Positions 1-12,103 of a stretch of DNA of 64,000 nt are shown one piece after another; position 1 is the first letter of the stretch, and the number at the start of each line of letters is the position of its first letter. The stretch is from positions 558,001-622,000 of the forward strand of contig JASVEC010000019.1 of the NCBI GenBank assembly GCA_030770535.1. Direction: 5' to 3'. This stretch comes from Batkoa obscura (lineage: Eukaryota). The position numbers and the translations under genes are program-made. The notes below the pieces were generated by a model that ran no database searches, was not told where the DNA came from, and was given only the letters and a program-made list of their open reading frames with translations.

Positions 1-251
1 ATTGATAATTTGTATAAACAAACAATAAATAGCTTTTAGTACTTTATTTTTTATAGCAGATCTTTACGAGTACTTGGTTTATTTAAACAAGGAATACAAA
101 AAAGCTATGGATAAAATATTAGAATTGAAAGATTTTTACAAGATTGACTATATTGTATGAAATTGAACTTAGGGCTATAATCTATTAAATGTGAATACTA
201 TGCTTTTTGAGTGAGGATCGAATTTATTGTTGATCAAAAAAACTCTACTAA

Positions 252-1144
252 TTATAATGATTTATAATAGTCAGATCCAAATAACTTATCAGTAAGAACA
301 TTTATCTCTTTTAAGAAGATTGAGTTAGTAAGATATAAAATTGAGTTTATAAGCCCTTGTATACTAGAAAAGAAAGTTAAAATTAAGCTCAAAATATGCA
401 CAGAGTAACTATCAATTGATATTCCTAAAAGAGCACCAATTGATAAATAAATAGTAACATCATGTGCAGTGATTGGTACCAATGGGTATAAAGCTAATCT
501 ATAAAGGGTGTAATAGCTAATATCCAGGCCACTTCTATTTAATTTGATATTTGTCCTATTTAACTCTCTTTTCTTCTTTATTAGATGGTAAATTATTACT
601 GTATATGTAATTGGTATTACTATTACCCCTACAAATACTGTTAAAAAATTACATACTACTAACCAATATTCTCCTCCCTTTTCAGTTCTGTATCCGCAGC
701 TCTTTTCTGTAGCATCAATTTTGTTAAATGCAATGGGTGATAGACTTATTGTCAACGATATCAATATTGAAATTATAAGGATTAAGCGTTTAATTAACTT
801 TGTGATTTTGCATTGATATTTTATATTCATTAGATAGACCACTGCTATGACTATTGAGTATAACATTGAACTTCAAATATCAAATGAAACCATCCAAATC
901 CTTAAATAACAAACTGATGGTGACTTATATTCATAAAGTATTGTTCCAAGTATTAACCTTAAATTATAGATTAAGTCACTTAATAGTATACATAAGGACG
1001 ATTTGTAAGTAATTGAACGGTTAATCTCTTTGTTATAATATGATATAATAGTAAATAAAAAAAACAGAATAGAATGAGAGTTAATGATATTGAATTAGAG
1101 AAAAAGTTAGTTAAATTCATATTAAATTCACGAGAGATATTCAT
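252..1144 (-). pseudogene. cAMP-receptor/Git3-like 7TM receptor, apparently disrupted (frameshift at A8 run 1057-1064, in-frame TGA 873-875)
   Basis: ORF 252..866 carries hydrophobic TMs and a TM7-like 'IQGLINSILY'. Manual translation upstream continues (CILLSDLIYNLR...SVCYLRIWMVSFDI*SSMLYS) and, with one extra base in the homopolymer, reaches ATG at 1144 (~297 codons). It aligns gaplessly with the paralog at 24677. Confidence 0.65.
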
Positions 1145-1277
1145 CTTCAAAGTTAAAAGTTAAAAGGAAAGTGTTTTTTTATAATTTTATATCTGATAAC
1201 TTTTATTTATTTAATTGATTAACTTGTTCTATAATAAATTGTATTTATTTGATTTTTCAAATAGAACATAAAACATG

Positions 1278-1377
1278 ATATGAGAGTGTTTTTTGATTTT
1301 ACCACTTTTACCATTTTAAGCGCCGTTTGAGCAGAAAGATTGTTAGTAAAATTCTTGAAGAAATACATCTCTCATAT
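1278..1377 (+). mobile_element. MITE family copy (coordinates include 4-bp flanks; + = GGGGATGTTTTTTTGGCTTC orientation)
   Basis: Matches the ~100-bp dispersed consensus; ATAT flanks. Confidence 0.8.
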
Positions 1378-1517
1378 ATTAAATTTTCTAGTCTATTGTT
1401 TAGTGAACTATAAAATTTAATATGGCTAGTTTAAAAGAGTATAATTAATAGTTCCATAATCATTCAACTCAAACTAAGATTTGAATTAAGGATGGACTCT
1501 GGTATAAATGTCAAAAT

Positions 1518-1627
1518 ATATGAGAATGTATTTTTGTACTTAAGAATTTCACTAACAATTTTTCCACTCAAATAATGTTTAAAAGATGAAAAAAACAATG
1601 AAGCAAAAAAAAAAAACACCCCCATAT
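1518..1627 (-). mobile_element. MITE family copy
   Basis: Consensus match; ATAT flanks. Confidence 0.85.
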
Positions 1628-1829
1628 GATCAAAGTAATTTGATGTATTTTATATAAGTTGTTAAACCTATTCAATTAGAGCCTCAAAAAACCAGCTTAC
1701 TTTGATTAGAAAGCTCAAATCATCCTCCACATTTGATACTTTCAGTAAGATTATATTTGTAATCCTAATAAAAAATATAGACTTATCTTTATCTAAACTC
1801 TTTTTGTTGATTTACTCTTTTATCTAACC

Positions 1830-2407
1830 TTTTCCAGCTAAAAACCCTAGATGCATGTTTGCTATAACCTCTGGAAAGATGCCTATATAGCATTTATTCT
1901 TTTGAATACCATTTCCGAATTCGAGTTTGTCTCAATCAACTGCTGCCATTACTTCCCACTAAATTCCACGCTTTCATAAGTTTTCGTAATAAATCCCTTG
2001 TGTTACCTTTATTGTTCCAGATACTATCTACATTTAACTTATCTCATTCCTCCCACTATTTGTCTAATTTTTTATTTTGGCTTTTTGATAAGGCCTTTTA
2101 TCTCTTCTACACGATTATGGACTTTACATAAAAGTTGCACTTTAACTCACTTAATCCACTGACAATCCCATCATTTACCTATAATTACAATCCTCTTCTC
2201 ATTTATTGAGATATCCTCCAGAAATTAGAATCAAGAAATTACTATTTTACCTTCTTATATCAACCAAATTTAAGAATGAGCTGAACTATGTCTTTGAGTT
2301 CTTAAACAGGCTGCTCTCAATGGTTCAGCGCTTTAAGTTTATTAATTTTTGATTTAAAATTTTTGTATTAAATAAAATATTCGGAACCGATACCCGAAAG
2401 AAAAAAG
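1830..2407 (+). mobile_element. Possible degraded 3' end of a non-LTR retrotransposon
   Basis: Frameshifted C..C...HLFF.(C)PF-like remnant near 1850-1915 (zf-RVT-like), later AATAAA and an A-rich tail near 2371-2407. Confidence 0.25.
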
Positions 2408-3422
2408 ACGTTTAAAGTATTTGAGAAGACACGATTTATTTGGTTTATCCTCTCTTCTATCATAAAAACTTAAATTTAATAAAATTATTACTATACTACA
2501 TTTAAGTTATAATTAGACTTGGGCTTCAACTTGTGGCTCATAATTATATTGACTGAATAGATCAACAAACAATTGCGGAGCGTTAACTATAGACTTAACT
2601 TGAATAGGATTAAACCAAATACACTTTCAAATATAGGTAAAAATTATTTATAAGGGGGCTAAAATATGATAGAAATTTTATATTAGGGGAAGTCTAAGAT
2701 AAGTATATATTTTGTACCATCCATTTTTATTTCATTCAATATGATCCTATGCTTGGTTAATTGATATCTTGTTTAATCAACTACCATTTAAACATATTAT
2801 AATAATGTAGTTACCTAAATTATTATAAACGTTTTCTATCATTATTATTATGTTACTGGGGTATCATCTGCTGTTACATTAACTAAATTCATACTCCACA
2901 ATTTTAATTTCAAAGGTATAGGCTATCTAGTTTTTATATTAGAAAGCCTTTTTATGAAAATAGCTAGTATATTATTCAAGCTTTTTTTGGACATCATTTT
3001 ATTTAGTACATTTACTTAACAAGTTTGCTCACAAAAGGCAAATCCCAAAATGAGTTAAATTTTAAAGGGATTCAATATAATGGTATCCCTGATTTATTTA
3101 TTGTTAGACTGCACTTTAATTTAATTTGTTTATTTTTAGTCTATTTATAAGTATGTATTAAAGATATTTTCACATTTATTGTAATGTCATCTAAAATGTT
3201 TATTTACTTGTTTTATATGGATATCTAAAGTTGAAAATAAAAATAAAATAATAATAATAACCAATAAACAATTAAATATTGTATATTTTGTAATGACATC
3301 AACAAGATAAAAACCTATTTAATTGACTTTATGGTTATTTTATCGTAATAACATGATGATAAGTTATGAATAAAAGTACCCGATGTAATGATTATTTCAA
3401 TTTATTAGTTAAAAGGTGCGTT

Positions 3423-3517
3423 ATATGGGGATACTTTTTTGATTTCATTTTTTCCATTTTTAAGCACCATTTGAACAGAAAGATTGTTAATAAAACTTTT
3501 AAAATACATCCCCATAT
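3423..3517 (+). mobile_element. MITE family copy (small internal deletions)
   Basis: ATAT-GGGGATA...ACATCCCC-ATAT. Confidence 0.85.
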
Positions 3518-3835
3518 AATATTTATAAAAGTAAATAGACACTAAAAGTTTTAGTATTTTTAAAAGGGGTACACAATAATTTATGGAATATAGCTCTTCT
3601 ATTTAGACCTTTGAAGAATAAAATCGTAAAAAGTTCAAATAAAGGATGGTTAATAAAAGTATTATATTGTTAATATATTTCAAATATTATTTAATCAACA
3701 ACAATGTGTCACATCTACCATGTGTTGTTAATGTAAATTAAGTTACAAACGAGGCTAATTATTGAACTTAATTTGAGATATATACCATAAAACCAAATCA
3801 ATATTTACTCACAATTATATATTGTAATCAAGAAG

Positions 3836-3843
3836 TATATATA
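3836..3843 (+). promoter_or_regulatory. Putative TATA box of the small peptide gene
   Basis: TATATATA ~60 bp upstream of ATG 3904; weak in AT-rich DNA. Confidence 0.3.
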
Positions 3844-3903
3844 GTGGTACTTTACCATTCAATTAATTCAAATTACCTTAGATACAAATTACTTATAGAT
3901 AAA

Positions 3904-4029
3904 ATGCAAGTTACTTTACTCATCGCTTACACTGTTTACATTATGTCCTCAATCACTTCAGTTCCGGTCAACAACCAACCAGCTGCTAATAAAGCCTATG
4001 GTTTTGAAACCCGTGGTCACTGGCCTTAG
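3904..4029 (+). CDS. 41-aa small secreted peptide precursor (MQVTLLIAYTVYIMSSITS-VPVNNQPAANKAYGFETRGHWP)
   Basis: AAAATG context, hydrophobic signal-like N-terminus followed by VPV (as in the secreted genes at 43-54 kb), and C-ending codons with higher GC than the flanks. Confidence 0.6.
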   Translation: MQVTLLIAYTVYIMSSITSVPVNNQPAANKAYGFETRGHWP

Positions 4030-5658
4030 ACATTAAATCATATCTTAGATGACTATTAGAGAGATATTACTTGGAAATAAATATGACGATATATACGTTT
4101 TTTTTTGCTTTTTTAATTCTTTTAAATTTTACATGACTTTAGTTTAGATCTGAGACTAAAATAAGCTATATTGATTCGAGTAAATTTAAATGTTTTAGCA
4201 CACATCAGAAATAGATTGTGAGTTAACTGTGATTTTTTAATTCTTTAGTAAAGGGAAGCTTGATATAGGAACAATAAATTTCCCTAAGCTGAAGAGTAAA
4301 GGCTGATAATTAAAGAAACTGGAAATTTTTTTAATAAAAGATCTGGCCAGAAACAGTAGGGCGTTATTTAAAGAATTTATTCAGATAGGGGATGTATACT
4401 ATTTTATCAAAATATAATTTTGACTGATGGTTTTGAAACAAAATCAACAAGATTAGTGCTTTAATAGTAGAGGGTAGAGACCAGATAGGTATATGTTTTT
4501 TTCGAGAAGACATAAATCCTTTTATGATAGGTTGTTATTAAAAATCAATAAAGTAAAAATATACATCTCTAATCCTAAAATAGGCCTAACCTAATGCTAA
4601 ACTAATCTTACTAACTTTTAATAGTAAGCGCTTTTTTAATTAATTGGCAGTTTTTTGATTAAAACTACTTTATCTAAAGTTAGAAATTTGCACTTAAAAA
4701 CCATGCATCTATCTGGTCATTAACTTTATCCAAATGCTTTGCATACCATTATAGAAAATAAAAAGCACCCATAAGCCAATATAGGGGGGTTATCCATCAG
4801 AATGGGCTTTTTGTAGAGTATATTATGACTCCGTTTATTTTCTGCTTTAAAGAGCCGGAGTAAATCTTTATAAGTTATGATAATCAACCTTCAAACAGAT
4901 TCTCAGTAATTGTGAGGAAAGGGTATGTAGATGTTGATATTTTTCTAGGGCGCAAAATTGGGATTACCGAAGCTTCCACAAATTTTCTGGACCCTTCTGG
5001 AGGGGATAAAATTTTTGGATAATAATAATAGTAAATTTACTGTAAACACATTTCTATATTTATAGACTGAATAAAGTTATTAAATCCAGCTCAATAAAAC
5101 TGTTTAGTATAAAAATCAACTGAATAAACATACATAACATTGCTCCAATTTAATGGTTAAACAGCAATGTTGACTGTTTAAATTATTAAAGATACAAATA
5201 GAAGGGTTAATTGAAGCTAAGTTATTGTTGCATTGAAGCTATATCTGTTATAGCTTATTAATGGGTTTCCATTAAATAGCATCATAGATCATTTAGATAA
5301 AACAAAGTGTAATTTGCACATATTGAATGTTTTTCTAAAAAGGGTATATAATAAACTTGTACAAATGTATTTGATATTTTATTAATGTTGCAAATTACTC
5401 TAATAGCTAACTATTATTGGTTAAAAATTATGGATATTATGAATCTTATCTTTGTAATTTTAAATTTATAAATGCATGAAAACTAAAAAGATATTTTCTA
5501 ATTTGATAGTCACAATTTTAAAAGTTTGAGACACAAAACTTTTGACGAGTAGTGTAAATCAACACAAAATAAAGGTAAATATAGAAAACTCCATTAAAAC
5601 TTCAATTGTAATTTTTATATTTAATATAGTTGATTTAAAAAGTAGTTGATTAATCACA

Positions 5659-6117
5659 ATGGCTAATAAGTTAAGGATTTTAAATTCATGTATTAATGTA
5701 CTTGCAGCGGGGATATTGGGATATAATGTTTTTGATCATGATGGGAGGCATCCATTAACAGAAAGATTAATAGTGTTAGATGCAATAAGATATATATTTG
5801 CAAACTTTATTATTTTTTCGGAAATTCCACCTATGCAAAGGTTTTATGTGAAGCATTTTCGCTTTTTTATGTATCCTTTTGGGAGAGCTTTGACATATTT
5901 TGTTTGTGCTTTACTAGGTTTTTCAGATACTTGGTATGGTATTCTAAGTACCATTTTAATTGGTCTTTTTGGAACATTTACTTTCGGGTCCTCGTTTTAC
6001 TTCAAAAGTCAAACTTCACCTTACCTTATCACATCACCATCTCCAGTTGATGAAGCCTCTGTTTCTACTACTCATGGGATACTCAACTCTAGTTACCAAA
6101 GTATTAGTGATGCTTAA
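5659..6117 (+). CDS. COPI-associated / TVP15-like Golgi membrane protein
   Basis: 152 aa with several TMs and the motif 'HFRFFMYPFGRALTYFVCALL', resembling the family F.FL....GRG..Y...G.L. Confidence 0.6.
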   Translation: MANKLRILNSCINVLAAGILGYNVFDHDGRHPLTERLIVLDAIRYIFANFIIFSEIPPMQRFYVKHFRFFMYPFGRALTYFVCALLGFSDTWYGILSTILIGLFGTFTFGSSFYFKSQTSPYLITSPSPVDEASVSTTHGILNSSYQSISDA

Positions 6118-7367
6118 GACTTATTCTGACTCATACCATTTATTATTTTAAATGTAGTTTATAACTTTCAGATTAAATATTATTCACTTTGCTTAATAAA
6201 TTAAATAGCACTTTATACAATATATTTTAATATTAATCTAAAAATTGTCACTAAGCCAGTTCATTTAAAGACCTAAGCTTACATAAATTACGTAAATAAA
6301 TTTTGACTTGTCCAAATTTTAATTTTTAGCTAAGAATTTTTTTATACAGTGATCAAAAACTTTGTTCAATTCTATACTAATTAATTAAATTTAAATAAAA
6401 TTCATAACCTAAAATTATTAAAATTATTGATATTATTGAATTAAAATATATAATAATTGAATAAAAGCAAGCTAAGATATCCTAGTATATGAAGCTCTAC
6501 AGTTAATATTATATGGTATATATACCTATAAAATGGTGTTTTAACAGATAAAAATAAAAAAAGTAACTTGTAATTTTTAAAAGCTATTTGCGCTTGAAGC
6601 TAAACAATAATTTTTCAATAATGAAATTAAAAGTATAACTTGTTATCGTTTGCAAAATGTTCTTCAAGAAATTTAATAACTTATAATTTGAATACAGCAC
6701 AAAGAATCATAAATTTAAAAAAGCTTTATATAGTTTATTATGACTTGTAAAATTGCTTAAATTTTTATGATTTATAAATAAAAGTGATTTTTTTACCACT
6801 CTAATTATTCTTTTACCATAAGCTATTAAAAAACAATGAAAGTTGTTTAAATAAAAATGGTTAGCCATTATATAAAATATTGTATACTAGAGTGTATATT
6901 AGCTAGCCATACTAAAAAGACTTATTAGCATTAAACTACTTATTATTATCTTAAACTTCTTATCCATTCTTGGTAAAAATTAACTATATAAATCATATTT
7001 AAATTAGAGTCATAGAAGTTGAAAGTTATTTTTCAAAAATATTTTAACTAGTAACCTGGGGTCTTTGATGTATAATTGTCGACAGAAAGTTAACTCGATT
7101 TTTATTTACATTGTTTATTTTATATTTTTATAACACTTGGGAAGCAGCTGATTTTAAGCAGCCTATTTCTAGAAGTAAATTAAAAAGGTTACATTAAAGT
7201 GATTAAGAGTTACAAATGAAAAGGTTAATATTTATAAAAATATGATAAGTTCCTTTGTAATAACTATGAATAAATATACACCATATTTTAATAAATTTGA
7301 TATCTTAATATGGAAATTCGGAGACAAGCTATTCTAATCTTTTTAATAGTTATGCATAAAAATAAAG

Positions 7368-7375
7368 TATAAATA
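7368..7375 (+). promoter_or_regulatory. TATA box
   Basis: GTATAAATAGC ~35 bp before the ATG; the same word precedes the paralogous pseudogene at ~9690. Confidence 0.45.
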
Positions 7376-7406
7376 GCAGATAGAATTCAACAATTTTATC
7401 ATAAAA

Positions 7407-8807
7407 ATGATACCATTATTATTGTTAATTAGTTTTTTATTTTATGAAGTCAGTGCTATATCACCTAGATTAAGTAGAGGCGGTTGTTTAGTTGTTGAAG
7501 ATGAATTATATTATTTAGGTGGTAAAATATTTATGCCGAATATACAGATTAATGGAAAAGATAATAATAAAGCATTTCATTTAAATTTAAAGAAAGGGTT
7601 TAAATTAAGTAATAATGAAGCAGAATGGAATGAAACTAATATAGTAAATCCACCAAAAACAATGAATACACCAAAATTATTTTATACGAATGATAGTAAT
7701 AATATAATAAGTATATATGAGAATGGTGGTAGTAAAAGGTTAGCATTCAATTATTTTAACATCAAGGAAAGTAAATGGCATGATGAGTATATTATCAATG
7801 ATTTATACAAGGAGTACGAATTAACAAATGAAGAAATAAGCAAAGGTTCACAAACACTTTACATTTTACAGGATGAAAACAATAAAGATCGATTTTATAT
7901 ATCTGGGTTTTTATTTCAATATAGTTCAGCTAAATACTTTCCACTTCATTTAAGACAATTCAATATTCAAACTAAGAAAGTCGAGATATTATATAAACCA
8001 TTAGCCAATGTGTATATTTATCAATCGTTCATTTTAAATAATAAGTTGTATTATTTTGAAATACCGGCAACTAATGAAATTGCTTACTACACTAGTTTTA
8101 GTAGGTTGCATGCATTTGATCTGACAACAAAACAAATGGAATCACATCAAGTTGGTTTTGATAAATATGTTGGCTTTCAAACAATTAGATTCAATCACGA
8201 CGTATATCACCTTTGGCTAGATCCAAAAAAGCCACATACAGGGGATATTTACAAATTCAAAATGAATCCATTTTCATTTGAGAAGGTACTTGAAGGTGTT
8301 CAAATAGGTCGGATTGGATGCTTTATTACTTATAATAATTACGCAATTAATTCGTTTGGTTTAAATTTAATAAATGATAAAAACCCAGGTAAAGTTCAAA
8401 GTTCAAACTATATCGAGTTATTTAATATGAGTAATTGGAAACAAGTGGATTATTTACCTCCACTAATTAAAGAAGATAACATTGATGATAAGTCTGACGA
8501 TGGAGTTAATAATAATGATAAAGAATCGAATAATGGCCCATTAATAGGTGGTATCATAGGCGGAGTAATTGGTTTTATAATAATATCAGTAGCTGTATTC
8601 TTTGTATTATATAAATATAAGTTAAAGAAGAAAAAAACTCCAAGCATTATAATTGAGCCAATTGTTATTGAGCCAATTAACCCATTAGACATTAATACCG
8701 ATTACCATAATACCGATCTTTTTAATCATTTCCATGAAATCGATAATGATGGTAGTATGTTGCCTATAGAAACAGAGCCTAGAGCAAATAGAAATATTCA
8801 TAATTAG
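7407..8807 (+). CDS. Single-pass type I membrane protein with kelch/beta-propeller-like ectodomain
   Basis: Signal peptide, 'PRLSRGGCLVVEDELYYLGG' kelch-like start, TM 'LIGGIIGGVIGFIIISVAVFFVL', basic stop-transfer and cytoplasmic tail. Confidence 0.8.
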   Translation: MIPLLLLISFLFYEVSAISPRLSRGGCLVVEDELYYLGGKIFMPNIQINGKDNNKAFHLNLKKGFKLSNNEAEWNETNIVNPPKTMNTPKLFYTNDSNNIISIYENGGSKRLAFNYFNIKESKWHDEYIINDLYKEYELTNEEISKGSQTLYILQDENNKDRFYISGFLFQYSSAKYFPLHLRQFNIQTKKVEILYKPLANVYIYQSFILNNKLYYFEIPATNEIAYYTSFSRLHAFDLTTKQMESHQVGFDKYVGFQTIRFNHDVYHLWLDPKKPHTGDIYKFKMNPFSFEKVLEGVQIGRIGCFITYNNYAINSFGLNLINDKNPGKVQSSNYIELFNMSNWKQVDYLPPLIKEDNIDDKSDDGVNNNDKESNNGPLIGGIIGGVIGFIIISVAVFFVLYKYKLKKKKTPSIIIEPIVIEPINPLDINTDYHNTDLFNHFHEIDNDGSMLPIETEPRANRNIHN

Positions 8808-9725
8808 AGGAAATGGATTTTAATCAAGACTTTCATATTTTAAAAATGCTAAATTAAATTGAGATTAGTTTATTTTTACAATTTCTTATACGTCTTTCTA
8901 ATAAATGAAAACGCCCTACTTTAATATATCAACTTTACATAACTTTCATACACTTTCGACTTTTTTTTAGAAGCTAGCAATCAAAAAAACCTCATATTTT
9001 TTAAAAGCTTTGTTATACATATGATTCTGCAAATAACGTAAGTTATAGTTTAAAAGTATTAATTATGAACCTAAATAACTTTGCATAATTCATTATCGTT
9101 TGTAAAACTATTAAGCTTTCAAAAAATAAGTTATGCTTTTTTTACCACTAACTCTTAATAAGAATAAAAATTTTTGATGTAAAATGGCTAATACTGCATG
9201 TAAATCGTTATATACTATACTATTATTCTTAAAAGCCATAGTAGTAAAGCTTATTGATAATTAGTTAGTGATGCCCCTTTAAACGCAACTCATCGATTCT
9301 GATAAAAACTTGTTATTTATTTTATATTGGAATAGCCATGATTAATTTATTTTCACTAATATTTAAAATATCAATTTGAGGCCTTTATGGAACATTTAAT
9401 AAAAACTTGCAAATTACTTTATGGTATGTTTAAAATTCTATAAACCTTGAAAGGGCCAATCAGTTTGATCTAGTTTATTTCTAAAGCTAAGATGGATAAA
9501 TGTGTTAATGTATAAGAGAGGCTAAAAAAGAAGATAATAAACTGATGTGAAATAGACCTATGGTTTTTATGGCAATTTCAGGTGAGGACATATTATACGT
9601 TTAACCCGTTACACCTCCCTAATATGTAAATTTCAGAATTATATTGCCCAAGTATATTCCAAAGCAGAGTTTTATCGCTAAAGTAAGGGGTATAAATAGC
9701 TCATAGATCAATATACTTCTTTAAA

Positions 9726-10960
9726 ACGCTATTATTATTAATCACCAGTTCCTTACTTTATTGAACTAACGCCGTCTCCCCTAGATTAAATAAAGGGGGT
9801 TATTTAGTTGTTGGAAATAAGTTGTATTATTTGGGCAATAAAGTTTATATAGTAAATGTACAAGTCAATGGGAAAGATAATAGTAAAGCATTTCATTTAA
9901 ATTTAAAGAAAGGGTTTAAATTAAGTAATAATGAAGCAGAATGGAATGAAACTAATATAGTAAATCCACCAAAAACAATGAATACACCAAAATTATTTTA
10001 TACGAATGATAGTAATAACATAATAAGTATATATGAGAATGATGGTGATAAAAGCTTGGTATTTACCTATCTTAACATCAAGGATAATAAACGTTACGAT
10101 GAGTATAGTATTAAAGATCTATTTAAAGAATGCAAACCAAATGGTGATCAGAATAATAGAGGCATACAAGGGTTTTACGTTTTACAGGATGAAAACAATA
10201 AAAATCAACTTTATATTAGGTTTTTTATTTCAACTAAGCCCATCTAAATATTTATTACTTCATTTGAATCTATCTGATATTCAAAATAAGAAATCTGAAG
10301 TAACACACAGGTCACCAAAGAACGCGTAAATTTATCAACTGTTTATTTTAGATAACAAAATACATTATTTTGAAGTACTGGCTACCAATGAACTTCCTTT
10401 TGATACCAATCATAACAAACTATATGCACTTAGCAACGAAGGAAAAAACTCTACACAAAGTTGACTTTGATAAGTGCCTTGCTCTTCAAATAGTTAAATA
10501 CAACCAAATGATATGGGGATGTTTTTTTTAGCTTCAGTACTTTTTCCATCTTTTAAGCGCTATTTGGGTGGAAAAATTGTTAGTAAAATTCTTAAATACA
10601 AAAATACATCCCCAGATGTTGGCTAATTGGAAATAAACTGATCATTTACCCCCATTAATTAAAAAATTATTAGCAACGATGAAGAGAGCACAAGTAATTT
10701 AAGTAAGTGCAGATTAATAGGCAGGATTCTAGGCAGGATAGGAGGATTTATTTTAGTGGCGTTTATTGTGTTTCTTAGATTCTATAAATACAAATAAGAA
10801 AAGAAAGGCCCTCAAGTGCTATGCTTGAACCAACCCATACTAAGTCAATAAATCCATTAGACACTAATAATGACTATTATAGTATTGGAATTTTTAGTCA
10901 TTCTCATGAAATTGAAAATAAAAAGTTTCTATAATACCTGAAAAACCACATAATAAAATT
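9726..10960 (+). pseudogene. Pseudogene paralog of the kelch-like TM protein
   Basis: Start codon is ACG, with in-frame stops, frameshifts, an internal deletion and a MITE insertion at 10511. Homology runs from the signal peptide to the TM/tail. The 3' end is approximate. Confidence 0.8.
10511..10617 (+). mobile_element. MITE family copy inserted in pseudogene
   Basis: Near-consensus; flanks ATAT/AGAT. Confidence 0.9.
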
Positions 10961-12103
10961 CTAACAAAAATGAATATGCTTAAAGAAAATAAAGTTTAAC
11001 TTGGGTTCTATTATTGTTATAGTAGCTTTAAATTAAAGTTTTGATATACGAGGTTATTTATTTTATCATTGTTTTGAATTCAAAATTATATTAGTTTAAT
11101 TTAAGTCTTGAGGTACTATCAATAGAATATAGAATTGGTATAGTTCTCATTATTTTTGATTATGCTAGCTATTTAAAATAGTATAGAGTATCATTAAAAA
11201 TTACCAAACTTCAACATGATAGCAGTTATAGTATAAAATTAAAATATCATTTTAATATAATAATACTTAATACGTAAGAAATATTTTGTAAATCCTTTTT
11301 AGCTAATTCTAATGTAAAATGGCCTAATAAATTACCACTGAATCAGTAATAATATAAATTTATGTTATCATTCTATGAGGTCTATTAGAACCTTAAAAAT
11401 GTATCAGCAATTGTAGTATTATCATTAAAGTTTTAATTATAGGATTTGATAGTCTAAAAAATAAGTGGCTAATTTAATGAATAATGCTCTATATGTTATA
11501 TTTTACATAAACTATTCATTTATTAGCGGTGGTACACTATTGAACTGAAAGATTTTATACCAATCTTATAAAATAATAGTGGTTTGGTCAAAATAAAACC
11601 GAATCAAAATAAATGTCAGTTGAATTAAAAAAGTAGCTACAATTAGCTTTTGAAGAGCTAATAATTTTACACCATTTTTAAGTAAAAATTTATATGAAAG
11701 TGGAAGTTCATATTAATTTAATGTAGGTACTGTGATTGACCAAAGCTGGAATATCTTTAGTGTTAATGTCAAGGCTTTGTCAAGGTTTTTATATTTTTAG
11801 CTTATTATCTACCTTTTGTGCTATAAAATTAATTCATCGAAATTTTAATCGAAGTTACCCAGTTCAATATCACACTCCTGTCCATTTATAGCAAATAATA
11901 ATTTTTTTTAAAAATCTATAAAAATTGGGCTGTAACTTAATCTAGAATAAAAACATTTGTACCTTATTCTTATGAGATAATGAGCTTATTGGCTAACTTC
12001 TATAAGTGTACAAAACTTGATAATATACAATAATTGGTTCATGCATATCGAAGTTTATAAATAATGCAGATAAAGATAAAATTACTTAATTTTCTATTTT
12101 TTG

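Noticed and set aside
873..875. Selenocysteine or alternative-code readthrough at the in-frame TGA
   Set aside because: The gene also has a frameshift, TGA serves as stop at 56051-56053, TGG encodes Trp elsewhere, and I recognised no SECIS.
2280..2329. Small stem-loop GCTGAACTA...TGGTTCAGC as an ncRNA/SECIS
   Set aside because: Short imperfect stem without recognisable family motifs; more likely part of a retroelement relic or chance.
3994..4026. Resemblance of AYGFETRGHWP to GnRH/AKH/sulfakinin neuropeptides
   Set aside because: Only scattered dipeptides match, and there is no N-terminal Gln or amidation Gly; not supportable.
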